Assembly: GCF_000829235.1 (NCBI RefSeq)
Contig: NZ_AP012549.1
Coordinates: forward strand, 2,460,001 to 2,492,000
Length of the DNA: 32,000 nt
Reading direction: 5' to 3'
From: a cyanobacterium endosymbiont of Epithemia turgida isolate EtSB Lake Yunoko
Lineage (GTDB): Bacteria; Cyanobacteriota; Cyanobacteriia; Cyanobacteriales; Microcystaceae
Part shown: positions 1-9,434 of the stretch, one piece after another
Position numbering within the stretch: the first letter of the stretch is position 1
Layout: each line of letters opens with the position of its first letter
Position numbers and translations under genes: made by a program
Notes under the pieces: model-generated
Seen by the model: the letters and a program-made list of their open reading frames with translations, nothing else
The model's database searches: none
What the model was told of the DNA's origin: nothing

Positions 1-5
1 AATAC

Positions 6-1676
6 ATGCAGATTATTAATCGTATTCACTTCAGAAATCTACGGGGCGATATCTTTGGCGGAGTTACCGCAGCCGTGATTGCCCTCCCCATGTCCCTGGC
101 TTTTGGAGTAGCTTCGGGAGTGGGAGCGATTGCCGGACTATGGGGGGCAGTATTAATTGGCTTTTTTGCTGCCTTATTTGGTGGAACACCCACCTTAATT
201 TCTGAACCTACAGGTCCGATGACAGTAGTGATGACAGCTATTGTAACCAAGATGATTGCACAAAATCCAGAAAACGGCTTAGCCATGGCCTTTACTGTAG
301 TAATGTTAGCAGGGATTTTTCAGATCATCTTCGGCTTGTTAAAGTTGGGAAAATACGTCACCCTCATGCCCTATACGATAATCTCGGGGTTTATGTCAGG
401 CGTTGGAATAATTCTTATCATTCTTCAGTTAGGACCACTCCTGGGTCATGTTAACCCTAAAGGAGGAGTCAATGAGGCGTTGAAGGCACTGCCCTATTTT
501 ATCACAACACTAAGTCCAACTGAAACAGCTTTAGGATTGTTGACAATAGCCATTCTTTACTTAATGCCCTCTAAAGTTAAAAAGTTTGTTCCCTCTCAAT
601 TAATTGCCCTCATAGCAGGAACTTTAATTACAATTTTCTTTTTATCGGAAGCAGATGTCCATGTCATTGGCGAAATGCCTACGGGACTTCCTCAGTTATA
701 TTTTCCTGCCTTTTTCCTCGGCCAAATTAATGAAATGTTGGTAGATGGTCTTGTTTTAGGGATGCTTGGTTGTATTGATGCTTTATTAACCTCTGTCATT
801 GCTGATAGCTTAACTCAGACTCACCATGACTCTAACAAAGAACTAATCGGTCAAGGAATTGGGAACTTGGTTTCTGGGTTGTGTGGGGGACTTCCTGGGG
901 CAGGATCCACCACGGGAACGGTGGTCAATATCCAAGCAGGGGGACGCACCGCTTTATCTGGTTTGAGTAGGGCTTTTATTTTGTTGATTGTAGTACTTTG
1001 GGCTGCTCCTTTAACCAAGAATATTCCCTTAGCGGTTTTAGCTGGTATTGTCCTTAAGGTGGGGATTGATATTATTGACTGGAAATTCTTAAAACGCGCT
1101 CACAGACTTTCAATTAAAGCAGCAGCTATTATGTATGGGGTAATGCTGCTAACTGTATTTTACGACTTAATCACGGCAGTTAGTCTTGGAGTGTGTATGG
1201 CTAATATTTTAACTATTCAACATTTAGCAGATATTCAATCCGATCTGGTCACAACAATTGATACGCCCGATGATAAGACTCTATTATGTGATACAAGCAG
1301 GCGTCTTATGGAAAAAGCTAACAGACGAATTATGCTCTTAGAGTTGAGCGGTCCTATGAGTTTTGGGGCAGCTAAAGCGATTACTCAAAGACAGGCAATT
1401 ATAGATAATTATGATGCTCTAATTATTGATTTAACGGGTGTTCTCTTATTGGGAGTAACAGCAACTTTGGCGATTGAAAAAATAATCGATGAGGCCGCTA
1501 AGAAATCAATAAAAATTTATATTATTGGGACTAATATAAAAATTAAAGAGCGATTACAAAAATTTGATATTTTTCAACGTATTCCTCCACAAAATCGTTT
1601 TGATAATCGAGTAGCTGCTTTGCATTTTGCGGTTGCTAAACTCGAAGAAGAAACACTACAAAAAATTGATACATAG
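6..1676 (+). CDS. bicA: SulP-family anion transporter, BicA-like (bicarbonate transporter type), with C-terminal STAS domain
   Basis: 556-aa ORF. MQIINRIHFRNLRGDIFGGVTAAVIALPMSLAFGVASG and FGGTPTLISEPTGPMTVVMTA match the SulP/BicA N-terminal signatures as I recall them. Many hydrophobic TM segments are followed by a soluble STAS-like tail (LLELSGPMSFGAAKAI...). Substrate and gene symbol are inferred from family resemblance only. Confidence 0.8.
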   Translation: MQIINRIHFRNLRGDIFGGVTAAVIALPMSLAFGVASGVGAIAGLWGAVLIGFFAALFGGTPTLISEPTGPMTVVMTAIVTKMIAQNPENGLAMAFTVVMLAGIFQIIFGLLKLGKYVTLMPYTIISGFMSGVGIILIILQLGPLLGHVNPKGGVNEALKALPYFITTLSPTETALGLLTIAILYLMPSKVKKFVPSQLIALIAGTLITIFFLSEADVHVIGEMPTGLPQLYFPAFFLGQINEMLVDGLVLGMLGCIDALLTSVIADSLTQTHHDSNKELIGQGIGNLVSGLCGGLPGAGSTTGTVVNIQAGGRTALSGLSRAFILLIVVLWAAPLTKNIPLAVLAGIVLKVGIDIIDWKFLKRAHRLSIKAAAIMYGVMLLTVFYDLITAVSLGVCMANILTIQHLADIQSDLVTTIDTPDDKTLLCDTSRRLMEKANRRIMLLELSGPMSFGAAKAITQRQAIIDNYDALIIDLTGVLLLGVTATLAIEKIIDEAAKKSIKIYIIGTNIKIKERLQKFDIFQRIPPQNRFDNRVAALHFAVAKLEEETLQKIDT

Positions 1677-1905
1677 ATGGGTACAGGTGTAGTTAAGTTT
1701 TATACTAAAAAATCATCTATCAAAAATGATTCCACTTTAGTTCCGGAAATTTTATTGAAAAATCACTCTGTTCAACAGAGATTAATAAGTGTATGTAGAA
1801 TAAGAAGATGGGGTAAGTATTGTTTTATTTTTTTCAGAAGTATTTTGTTTTTTCAAAAAAATAACTACTAGTTAACAAACTATTTTAAATAGACAAAGAA
1901 TAATT

Positions 1906-2334
1906 ATGAAAATGTTTGAAGATGAAAAATTTTTGTGTTTTATTCACATTATTGAGAATTTTGTTTCTAAAGTATTGTCATTAGCTCTAATTCTTGTTAT
2001 TTTTGTTTCCCTTTTTGAGCTTATTTTAATTCTTTCAAAAGACTTATTGGCGAAGGAACCTGTTGGATTTTTTGGTCCAACTATTATCGAAATTTTTGGT
2101 CTATTTATGAATGTTTTGATTGCGCTAGAACTTTTAGAGAATGTTACTGCTTATCTAAAAAAACATATTGTTCAAGTAGAACTAGTGGTCGTAACTGCCT
2201 TAATTGCTGTTGCTCGAAAAATAATAATTTTTAATCCAATTAAACATCAAAAGTCAGATTTATTTGCTTTAGCTGCAGCAAGTTTAGCACTTTCCATTAG
2301 TTATTGGTTAATTCGCAAAGTCAATCAGAAATAG
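1906..2334 (+). CDS. PsiE-family (phosphate-starvation-inducible E-like) small membrane protein
   Basis: 142-aa ORF with four hydrophobic segments and the motif LIALELLENV...VVVTALIAVARKIIIF typical of the PsiE family. The family call is from memory. Confidence 0.55.
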   Translation: MKMFEDEKFLCFIHIIENFVSKVLSLALILVIFVSLFELILILSKDLLAKEPVGFFGPTIIEIFGLFMNVLIALELLENVTAYLKKHIVQVELVVVTALIAVARKIIIFNPIKHQKSDLFALAAASLALSISYWLIRKVNQK

Positions 2335-2613
2335 AATGGATTATGGCAGTACATTTTAAAATTATTTCATAAATTGTTTATACAGTAAATTTCAAGAGAA
2401 CTGTAGAGTGTATTAGCTGCAATACATAAAGTAAATAATCCTACTATTTTATAGTATACAAACAAAGAAACCCAACCCAAACTACTATGTTTTCTAAACC
2501 TACTTGTACTAATGTCTTCTCTTAAGAAGACTTTCTTAAACTGGCAGTAGATTTATATTTTATTAGCTCAATTATCTCTCAGATCAATAATCTCTATCTC
2601 TTTTAATTAAGGA

Positions 2614-2658
2614 ATAGTTCTCAATCTTCTAATTTTGAATGAGAAGATTGAGAACTAT
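2614..2658. repeat. hairpin, 17-bp perfect arms
   Basis: ATAGTTCTCAATCTTCT (2614-2630) and AGAAGATTGAGAACTAT (2642-2658), 11-nt loop, in a gene-free tract. Confidence 0.7.
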
Positions 2659-2966
2659 CAAAGTTAACTCGTTACCGACAAAACCACTCTCAGCCAAGAA
2701 ATAAAAGGCATTTATCATAGAAGATAAATTTGTTAGAGATAAAACTGTCGTTTGAAAAACGTATTATATATTGAATTTTTTAGGTAATCGGCATTGGCTT
2801 CTTTATCAAAAACTTTATCCGATTCAATGGTGAAAAAGATAGGTTAAAATTTTCCCTGAGTAATCCATAACAAAAGAATACTTAGTCAACGAGCTATAAA
2901 GTAATATTGCTTTATTCGACAACGCCGGCTAAATTTATAGATCATAGCGTAATCAAACCATCATTC

Positions 2967-3004
2967 TAAACAACTTCTGACAGTTAACTGTCAGAAGTTG
3001 TTTA
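2967..3004. repeat. 38-nt perfect palindrome
   Basis: TAAACAACTTCTGACAGTTAACTGTCAGAAGTTGTTTA equals its own reverse complement. Confidence 0.75.
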
Positions 3005-3553
3005 CCTAGGAAGAAAATACCTTAATTAAGGATATTGAATCGGAATTAGTTTATCATTGGGTTTATTTTGGTAATTAATTTTTTGAATTAATAGGATTTG
3101 TTTATAAGTGATTGTTCACAAATATTCTCTGTTGATTGACTCGTAGTTAAATCCTTTAGCTCAATACATTGAATCTTAGTAGCTATAGTCAAATTTTTTT
3201 TTACTCCATTCATAGCCTGACTTAAATAGCAAACTGCTACCACCACTAGCTGTTAACAGATTACTTAAAAAGCTCTAATATACCAATAAATATTTGGTGT
3301 TTTGCGGATTACACATACTGTTAAATTTACTTTGTTTTAAGAAAAACTGAATGTGCCTTGTCATAAAACAACACAACCATCTGTCATCGTTATTGACAGA
3401 CGAGATACTAAAAATTTAGACGGAATAAGAATTTAGGAAAGAACATCTTTAATTATAAAAATTTAAGGATTACTTTATATAAATTTTACGGTGGTCTGTA
3501 TCTAATTAAAGAAAGTAAGGTATGATAAAGAGCCGTGAGTTTTTGCTAAAGTC

Positions 3554-3916
3554 ATGAACGCCCAAGAAACTATCAAGTTAATTGAAACCGAATACATTAA
3601 GACGAATTTGCCTACCATTCATGTGGGAGACACTGTTCGTGTCGGAGTCCTTATTAAGGAAGGGGGGAAAGAAAGAACCCAGCCCTATGAAGGAACAGTG
3701 ATTGCTATGCGTAATGGTGGAATTAATGAAACAATCACTGTCCGCAAGATTTTCCAAGGTGTAGGAGTTGAACGTGTCTTTTTATTACACTCTCCTAGGA
3801 TTGCTAGTATTGAAATTATACGCAGAGGGAAAGTCCGCCGTGCGAAGCTTTACTATCTACGTGATCGTGTCGGTAAAGCAACTCGCATACGTCAACGTTT
3901 TGATCGTCCTTTATAA
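3554..3916 (+). CDS. rplS: 50S ribosomal protein L19
   Basis: 120 aa. [42 protein letters not shown]...[12 protein letters not shown]...[14 protein letters not shown] is a clear L19 sequence. Confidence 0.95.
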   Translation: MNAQETIKLIETEYIKTNLPTIHVGDTVRVGVLIKEGGKERTQPYEGTVIAMRNGGINETITVRKIFQGVGVERVFLLHSPRIASIEIIRRGKVRRAKLYYLRDRVGKATRIRQRFDRPL

Positions 3917-4010
3917 ATTTTTTCAACAACGGCGCACACAAACAAAAGCGTAAAATTGCGCTATGCTTGGAAAGCGGTAAGGATTAACTATCAGTTATCC
4001 CTCAGACTGT

Positions 4011-4083
4011 GCGCTCTTAGTTCAGTTGGTAGAACGCAGGTCTCCAAAACCTGATGTCGGGGGTTCGAGTCCTCCAGGGCGCG
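4011..4083 (+). tRNA. trnW: tRNA-Trp (anticodon CCA)
   Basis: 73-nt cloverleaf folded by hand: acceptor GCGCTCT/AGGGCGC, D arm GTTC-AGTTGGTA-GAAC, anticodon arm CAGGT-CTCCAAA-ACCTG, T arm GGGGG-TTCGAGT-CCTCC. No encoded CCA. It sits at the canonical position upstream of secE-nusG. Confidence 0.93.
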
Positions 4084-4190
4084 TTTTTGTGCGGCTCAAG
4101 TGAACTATTGAAATGTCTATAAATTATCGAAAATAACAACAAAAGATGATATGTAACTGTATATTAAGTAATGTGTAAGTATAGGTAACT

Positions 4191-4427
4191 GTGGTTAAAA
4201 AAGAAAGCCCAAAAGTTGAGCAGATAAAGCCAAAAGCCAACAATAACGAAACCCCAAAATCCAATTTTGTTGGGAATACTCAAGATGAGTTGACCAAGGT
4301 TATCTGGCCGTCTAGACAGCAACTACTTAGTGAATCGGCGGCAGTCATCCTGATGGTTAGTTTAGTGGCTACGGTAATTTATCTCGTTGATAATCTTTTC
4401 AGTTGGGGAGCGGGGAAGGTATTTTAA
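4191..4427 (+). CDS. secE: preprotein translocase subunit SecE
   Basis: 78 aa starting at GTG. KVIWPSRQQL motif and a single C-terminal TM helix (AAVILMVSLVATVIYLVDNLF). Located between tRNA-Trp and nusG. Confidence 0.88.
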   Translation: MVKKESPKVEQIKPKANNNETPKSNFVGNTQDELTKVIWPSRQQLLSESAAVILMVSLVATVIYLVDNLFSWGAGKVF

Positions 4428-5044
4428 TGAGTTTTGCCCAAAATAACTCACCGGAAATAGAACAGCTCGAAGAAAGGCAAAAAGCGGCTCGTTGGTATGC
4501 TGTTCAGGTTGCTTCTGGCTGTGAAAAGCGGGTTAAAGCAAACTTAGAGCAACGGGTTCATACCCTAGATGTAGCTGATAGAATCTTGCGGATCCAAATT
4601 CCAAAAATACCCACGATCAAAGTCCGTAAAGATGGTTCTCGTCACCATGGGGAAGAAAAAGTCTTCCCTGGCTATATTCTGGTGAGAATGATTATGGACG
4701 ATGATGCTTGGTTAGTTGTGAAAAATACTCCTAACGTGATCAATTTTGTGGGGTCAGAACAAAAGCGTAGTATTGGTAGAGGAAGGGGACATGTTAAACC
4801 AGTCCCCCTGAGTTCAGGGGAAGTGGAACGAATCTTTAAGCAGGTAGAAGTCCAAGAACCCGTCATCAAAATCGATACAGAAGTGGGAGATAGAATAATC
4901 GTTCTCTCAGGTCCGTTTAAGGATTTTGAAGGGGAAGTGATAGAAGTAAGTCCAGAACGTAGTAAAGTGAAAGCCTTACTTTCCATTTTTGGAAGAGACA
5001 CCCCAGTTGAACTGGAATTTAACCAAATAGAGAAGCAAAATTAG
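4427..5044 (+). CDS. nusG: transcription termination/antitermination factor NusG
   Basis: NGN domain ([21 protein letters not shown]) and KOW motif ([21 protein letters not shown]). The ORF track starts at TTG 4403. I prefer ATG 4427, which overlaps the secE stop as TAATG (MSFAQNN...). Confidence 0.9.
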   Translation: MSFAQNNSPEIEQLEERQKAARWYAVQVASGCEKRVKANLEQRVHTLDVADRILRIQIPKIPTIKVRKDGSRHHGEEKVFPGYILVRMIMDDDAWLVVKNTPNVINFVGSEQKRSIGRGRGHVKPVPLSSGEVERIFKQVEVQEPVIKIDTEVGDRIIVLSGPFKDFEGEVIEVSPERSKVKALLSIFGRDTPVELEFNQIEKQN

Positions 5045-5046
5045 CG

Positions 5047-5472
5047 ATGGCCAAGAAAGTTGTTGCAATGATTAAACTTGCCCTTCCTGCGGGAAAGGCT
5101 AACCCCGCCCCTCCCGTAGGACCTGCCTTGGGTCAACACGGGGTGAACATTATGGCATTTTGTAAAGAATATAATGGCAAAACGGCAGATCAGGCTGGAA
5201 TGATAGTCCCTGTTGAAATTTCCGTCTACGAAGACCGAAGTTTTACTTTTGTCCTGAAAACGCCTCCAGCTTCAGTATTAATTCGCAAAGCGGCCGGAGC
5301 TGAAAAAGGTTCAAGCCAACCGAATAACCAGAAAGTAGGCAGTATTACTCGTAATCAACTACGAGAAATTGCTCAAACTAAAATGCCTGACCTTAATGCT
5401 AATGATATTGAAGCGGCAATGAATATTGTTGAGGGAACTGCTCGTAATATGGGAGTTACCATCAACGATTAA
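5047..5472 (+). CDS. rplK: 50S ribosomal protein L11
   Basis: 141 aa. [30 protein letters not shown] is the L11 signature. Confidence 0.96.
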   Translation: MAKKVVAMIKLALPAGKANPAPPVGPALGQHGVNIMAFCKEYNGKTADQAGMIVPVEISVYEDRSFTFVLKTPPASVLIRKAAGAEKGSSQPNNQKVGSITRNQLREIAQTKMPDLNANDIEAAMNIVEGTARNMGVTIND

Positions 5473-5548
5473 TAGATAGTCTGAATTACTAAAAACTAAC
5501 TTAGGGGAGAAGCTTTGCTTCGTTATTGACCCAAGGAGAAAATTACTC

Positions 5549-6265
5549 ATGGCTAAAAAACTCTCAAAACGCTTTAAAGAAGTATTAGCTAAAGTTGACA
5601 AAGACAAACTGTATGAGCCTTTAGAGGCTTTACAACTGCTAAAAAAAACGGCAACGGCTAAATTCAATGAATCGGCAGAAGCTCACATTCGTTTAGGCAT
5701 TGATCCAAAATATACTGATCAGCAACTAAGGACTACAGTTTCTTTACCCAAGGGAACTGGTCAAGAAGTTCGTGTCGCTGTCATTGCTAGAGGGGAAAAA
5801 GTTCAAGAAGCCAGCAATGCGGGAGCAGATATTTACGGTTCAGAAGAATTGATTGAAGAAATTCAAAACGGAATGATGGACTTTGAGGTTTTGATTGCTA
5901 CTCCTGATATGATGCCAAAAGTTGCTAAATTGGGACGTATACTTGGTCCTCGTGGGTTAATGCCTTCCCCTAAGGGGGGAACAGTAACGGCTGAGCTAGA
6001 AAGTGCAATCGTTGCATTTAAAGCAGGAAAACTAGAATTTCGTGCTGACAAAACAGGGATTGTTCATGTTATGTTTGGTAAGGCATCTTTCACGCCTGAG
6101 GATTTGCTAGCCAATCTCAAGGCCTTACAGGAAACCATTGAGCGTCAGCGTCCCTCCGGTGCTAAAGGGCGTTATTGGCGCAGTGTATTTATATCGGCTT
6201 CTATGGGACCGTCGATTGGCATTGACATTAGCGAACTAAGAGATCTAAAATTGACTGATGTTTAA
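5549..6265 (+). CDS. rplA: 50S ribosomal protein L1
   Basis: 238 aa with [15 protein letters not shown] and [22 protein letters not shown] Shine-Dalgarno at 5533-5538. Confidence 0.96.
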   Translation: MAKKLSKRFKEVLAKVDKDKLYEPLEALQLLKKTATAKFNESAEAHIRLGIDPKYTDQQLRTTVSLPKGTGQEVRVAVIARGEKVQEASNAGADIYGSEELIEEIQNGMMDFEVLIATPDMMPKVAKLGRILGPRGLMPSPKGGTVTAELESAIVAFKAGKLEFRADKTGIVHVMFGKASFTPEDLLANLKALQETIERQRPSGAKGRYWRSVFISASMGPSIGIDISELRDLKLTDV

Positions 6266-6541
6266 GGTTATCGTGATTGAGAAATAACTATCAGTTAATT
6301 TAAGTTAAAAAGCAACCCACTACAACTGAATGTTCGTTTGGCTTATGCTGCAGACAGCAGGGGCAATTTGCTTAATGTCCTGCCGAGGTTGAGGCCTGAA
6401 GAAAGTTAAGTAGTAAAGATTTAAAGGATTAATTTACCTTTTTGTCCTCTTCTTATCCGACCTCAGCCCCGGCAAAATGCTGGGGGTTTCTTTTTTGGGC
6501 AATTAGTTAACGTTCCTAAACTTAAGAAGGTAAAAACATCA
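6266..6541 (+). promoter_or_regulatory. rplJ-rplL leader region with attenuator-like hairpin plus U-tract (6467-6496)
   Basis: 276-nt spacer that is more GC-rich than the gene-free tracts. Stem CCCCGGC(6467-6473)/GCTGGGG(6479-6485), loop AAAAT, then GTTTCTTTTTT to 6496, about 45 nt before the rplJ ATG. Upstream helices include GCAGG...CCTGC. L10 leaders are known autoregulatory elements in many bacteria; homology to a specific RNA family was not checked. Confidence 0.45.
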
Positions 6542-7111
6542 ATGGGAAGAACCTATAAAAACAAAGGAACTGTGATTACAGATCTTAAGGGACTCTTGAG
6601 TGAAGCTCAGCTTGCCTTTGTGATTGATTATCAAGGGTTAACAGTCGCTGAAATCACTGATCTACGTAGCCGATTACGTCCAACAGGATCAGTGTGTAAG
6701 GTGACAAAAAATACCTTAATGAAGATTGCAGTCAAAGAAGACGAGACCTGGAAACCGATGATGAAGTTTCTGAAAGGTTCATCAGCTTTTGTTCTCGTCA
6801 AGGATGATGTCGGGGGTGCAATTAGGGCTTATCAAAGTTTTAAAAAAGATACCAAAAAGACTGAATTTCGCGGCGGTGTCATGCAAGGACAAGCCCTAGA
6901 TGAAAGTCAAGTGACGGAGATCGCCGACTTACCCTCAAAAGAAGAACTGATGGGTCGATTTGCTGGAGCGATTAATTCACTGGCAACCAAACTGGCCGTT
7001 GGCATCAAACAAGTGCCTTCGTCTGTGGGACGAGGCATCAACGAAGTTCCAAGTTCTTTGAGTCGCGTCATTGGCGCAATGTCCAACACGAAGGAGGGAG
7101 ATGTAACCTAA
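6542..7111 (+). CDS. rplJ: 50S ribosomal protein L10
   Basis: 189 aa. N-terminal L10 fold sequence (AFVIDYQGLTVAEITDLRSRLR...VCKVTKNTLMKIA). Conserved position before rplL. Confidence 0.93.
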   Translation: MGRTYKNKGTVITDLKGLLSEAQLAFVIDYQGLTVAEITDLRSRLRPTGSVCKVTKNTLMKIAVKEDETWKPMMKFLKGSSAFVLVKDDVGGAIRAYQSFKKDTKKTEFRGGVMQGQALDESQVTEIADLPSKEELMGRFAGAINSLATKLAVGIKQVPSSVGRGINEVPSSLSRVIGAMSNTKEGDVT

Positions 7112-7183
7112 GTATCTGCATCTATTTAAACGATTGTTTGTCCAATTATCCACTTTTTTTATTTACTTTCAAGGAGTTAAATT

Positions 7184-7585
7184 ATGTCTACTGCAACTGA
7201 TGAAATTCTCGAAAAGCTAAAATGTCTGACTTTATTAGAAGCGTCAGAATTAGTAAAACAGATTGAAGAAGCCTTTGATGTTAGTGCTGCTGCCCCTGTG
7301 GGTGGTGGTATGATGATGATGGCTCCTGGAGTTACGTCCCCTGGTGCTACGCCCGAACCCGAAGAGGAGAAGACTGAATTTGACGTCATTCTCGAAGAAG
7401 TTCCCAGCGATAAAAAAATCGCTATCCTTAAGGTAGTTCGTGCTATTACTGGTTTGGGACTCAAAGAAGCCAAAGATATGGTGGAATCTGCGCCTAAAAC
7501 CATTAAAGAGGCTACTGGTAAGGATGACGCTGAAGAAACTAAGAAGAAACTCGAAGACGCCGGTGCTAAGGTCAGTGTAAAATAG
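7184..7585 (+). CDS. rplL: 50S ribosomal protein L7/L12
   Basis: 133 aa. Ala/Gly/Pro hinge and [38 protein letters not shown] Shine-Dalgarno at 7171-7176. Confidence 0.96.
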   Translation: MSTATDEILEKLKCLTLLEASELVKQIEEAFDVSAAAPVGGGMMMMAPGVTSPGATPEPEEEKTEFDVILEEVPSDKKIAILKVVRAITGLGLKEAKDMVESAPKTIKEATGKDDAEETKKKLEDAGAKVSVK

Positions 7586-7612
7586 TTTTTCTGACTAGTA
7601 TCTAGGTATGCT

Positions 7613-7636
7613 AGGGGTTAACAATTGTCAACCCCT
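7613..7636 (+). terminator. candidate terminator hairpin after rplL
   Basis: AGGGGTTAACAATTGTCAACCCCT is a near-perfect palindrome with GC-clamped stem AGGGGTT/AACCCCT, 28 nt after the rplL stop. No clear U-tract follows. Confidence 0.4.
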
Positions 7637-8130
7637 ACATGTTGGCTAAAAGTTAAAATTGTAAAGGATCAGAAAAAGTGCAAATTTTAGTAATAGAACA
7701 ATTATATTTTTGTTGTTTATTATCTTGATCAAGAGTACTTATTACTTGAATAAAATTATTGCAATTTTTATTTTTATCTATTTAGTATAACTTCCATATA
7801 TTTGGTTGTAGCTAAACGAAAAATAACTACAATAATGTATTACAATTACATAGTAATTAATTAAATTTAATTCAAAGAAAGTGTTTTAAATTATTTCTCA
7901 TACTTTTTTGCCTTATCTACCTACATTATTAGCTCATATAAAAAATATATGAAGAAAGGTGTTTTAAGACTAAATCCTCTTACCGTTCTATTCTAAGAAT
8001 TACAAGCAATCTAACTAGTAATAATAAGTTGTTTCTTTTTTCTTTAATTAAATAATATTTATTACATTTTATTAGTTGTTTTAAGATACTCATAAACTAG
8101 AGGCTCATCTAATAACATCTATAATCTTTA

Positions 8131-8168
8131 TGCCAACTTACTTTCCATCATTGGAGAGTAAGTTGGCA
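8131..8168. repeat. hairpin, 12-bp perfect arms
   Basis: TGCCAACTTACT (8131-8142) and AGTAAGTTGGCA (8157-8168) with a 14-nt loop, inside a gene-free tract. Confidence 0.6.
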
Positions 8169-9095
8169 AATATTTTCTAGTAATTTATAAAGTAATTTTT
8201 ATCTTTTTGTTAAGACAATGGTTATAGTTGCCATATTAGGTAGTTTTGCGCATAAATCATACTAAACCCAATACCTTAATTTGATTTATCACAAAGATAG
8301 ACTCACATTGACTTGTATTTATTGTGGTTTAAACACCAGGAAATGTCATGAAAATAATAAATTAATTATTAAAGATTTATGTTTAACTGAAAAGGCTGTC
8401 TATCTCAAGAAAAAGTTTTTTTAACCTTTAAATAAAATGTAGTAAAAGTAAATAGATTAATTGAACAAAAAATAGAGATAATTTTTAACTTTATGTGGTC
8501 CTGAATAAAAATTTTACTAGTTAATTTTATACCATGAGTTTAGTATAACAAAATATAAAAAAAACAATACAAACTTGAATTTAAATACTGAAATATGAAG
8601 AAAAAATTTTTTTTACAGTTATACTTAAAATCTGATGAGAAAAAATTATATCAGTTGGTGAGGGCTAATTTTATTAATTATAGGAGGCTGCACTCAGTCA
8701 GCTAATATGATAGTGCGCTATTTTCCAAGTAAGCTGGTAGAATCAAATACGCATATTGATTCTAGTTTAATTATTAACTTTGCCAGTGGCATAGGAGACA
8801 TATTTACCCTTGCTTATCTTCTTAAAGGAAGCCATAATATCTAATCTAAATTAGATTGTTATGCCGTAATCATCTCAAAGTGTCCTTATCCTAATTTTAC
8901 ATCATTCTTTATAGAAAAAATTTTTAATTTATACTAAATAGCTACAATTCATGTTGTCGGCAATAGTATTTAAACTTATCTTATACACCCTAAATTCAAG
9001 AGATTAGTTATTTACAGCAATAACCTTATTAATTTTAATAAAAAATAAAATTTAAAAATAAAAACCTTATAGTTAATAACCAAATTAAGCGTAAG

Positions 9096-9434
9096 ATGCC
9101 CTTAAAATTTAAACAGAAACAACATCAAGGCTTTGTCATAATTGATTTGATCATTGGAGTGATAATTTTGACAATGATTATTGTCATTGCCTTCTATAAT
9201 TTCTTGGAAACCCCGGAGAGCCGTCAAATTAGAAGACTAGCTGTCAAAAATTTAAGAACTTTTTCCCACGGAAATAAATTGAACGCTTTGAAATGTGAAG
9301 GACAAGACAAAGATGAAAATGGATTAGTTTTGTGTCAGGCAAAAGACAGACAAGGAAAAACCGTAATCCTTCAATGTGGTTATGATCAAAGACACCAATA
9401 TTGTACAACCCAGGCAATAGGGAAGGGGGAATAG
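9096..9434 (+). CDS. hypothetical secreted/membrane-anchored protein with degenerate type IV prepilin-like N-terminus
   Basis: 112 aa. A basic leader ending in Gly (MPLKFKQKQHQG) is followed by FVIIDLIIGVIILTMIIVIAF, which resembles the G/FTLIE prepilin motif but has Asp for the conserved Glu5 and no Ser/Thr. Four Cys in the C-terminal half. No obvious Shine-Dalgarno sequence. Confidence 0.45.
   Translation: MPLKFKQKQHQGFVIIDLIIGVIILTMIIVIAFYNFLETPESRQIRRLAVKNLRTFSHGNKLNALKCEGQDKDENGLVLCQAKDRQGKTVILQCGYDQRHQYCTTQAIGKGE

Noticed and set aside
26-286. 86-aa - strand ORF inside the SulP/BicA gene
   Set aside because: It lies wholly antisense within a confidently identified gene. Its Pro/Ala/Thr-rich low-complexity translation is typical of a shadow ORF.
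1677-1871. 64-aa + strand ORF immediately after the SulP stop
   Set aside because: It is AT-rich with a Lys/Phe/Ile-biased product, no recognisable motif and no Shine-Dalgarno sequence. It is most likely a chance ORF in spacer DNA.
3393-3421. TTGACA hexamer upstream of rplS as a sigma-70-type promoter
   Set aside because: No acceptable -10 element (TAnnnT) lies at 16-18 bp spacing, so a promoter call is unsupported.
3768-3953. 61-aa + strand ORF overlapping the rplS 3' half in another frame
   Set aside because: It is an alternative frame of a highly conserved ribosomal protein gene, with no family resemblance.
3985-6297. Identical 13-mer TAACTATCAGTTA downstream of both rplS (3985-3997) and rplA (6285-6297)
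   Set aside because: It is tempting as a shared r-protein operon signal and is itself a 5-bp hairpin. But at this base composition many exact 13-mer pairs are expected by chance in 32 kb, and the flanks do not match.
4672-7503. Antisense ORFs within nusG, rplK/rplA, rplJ and rplL (4672-5001, 5359-5667, 5863-6051, 6907-7089, 7177-7503)
   Set aside because: All lie opposite strongly conserved genes, have low-complexity Ser/Pro-rich translations, and have no independent start or RBS signals.
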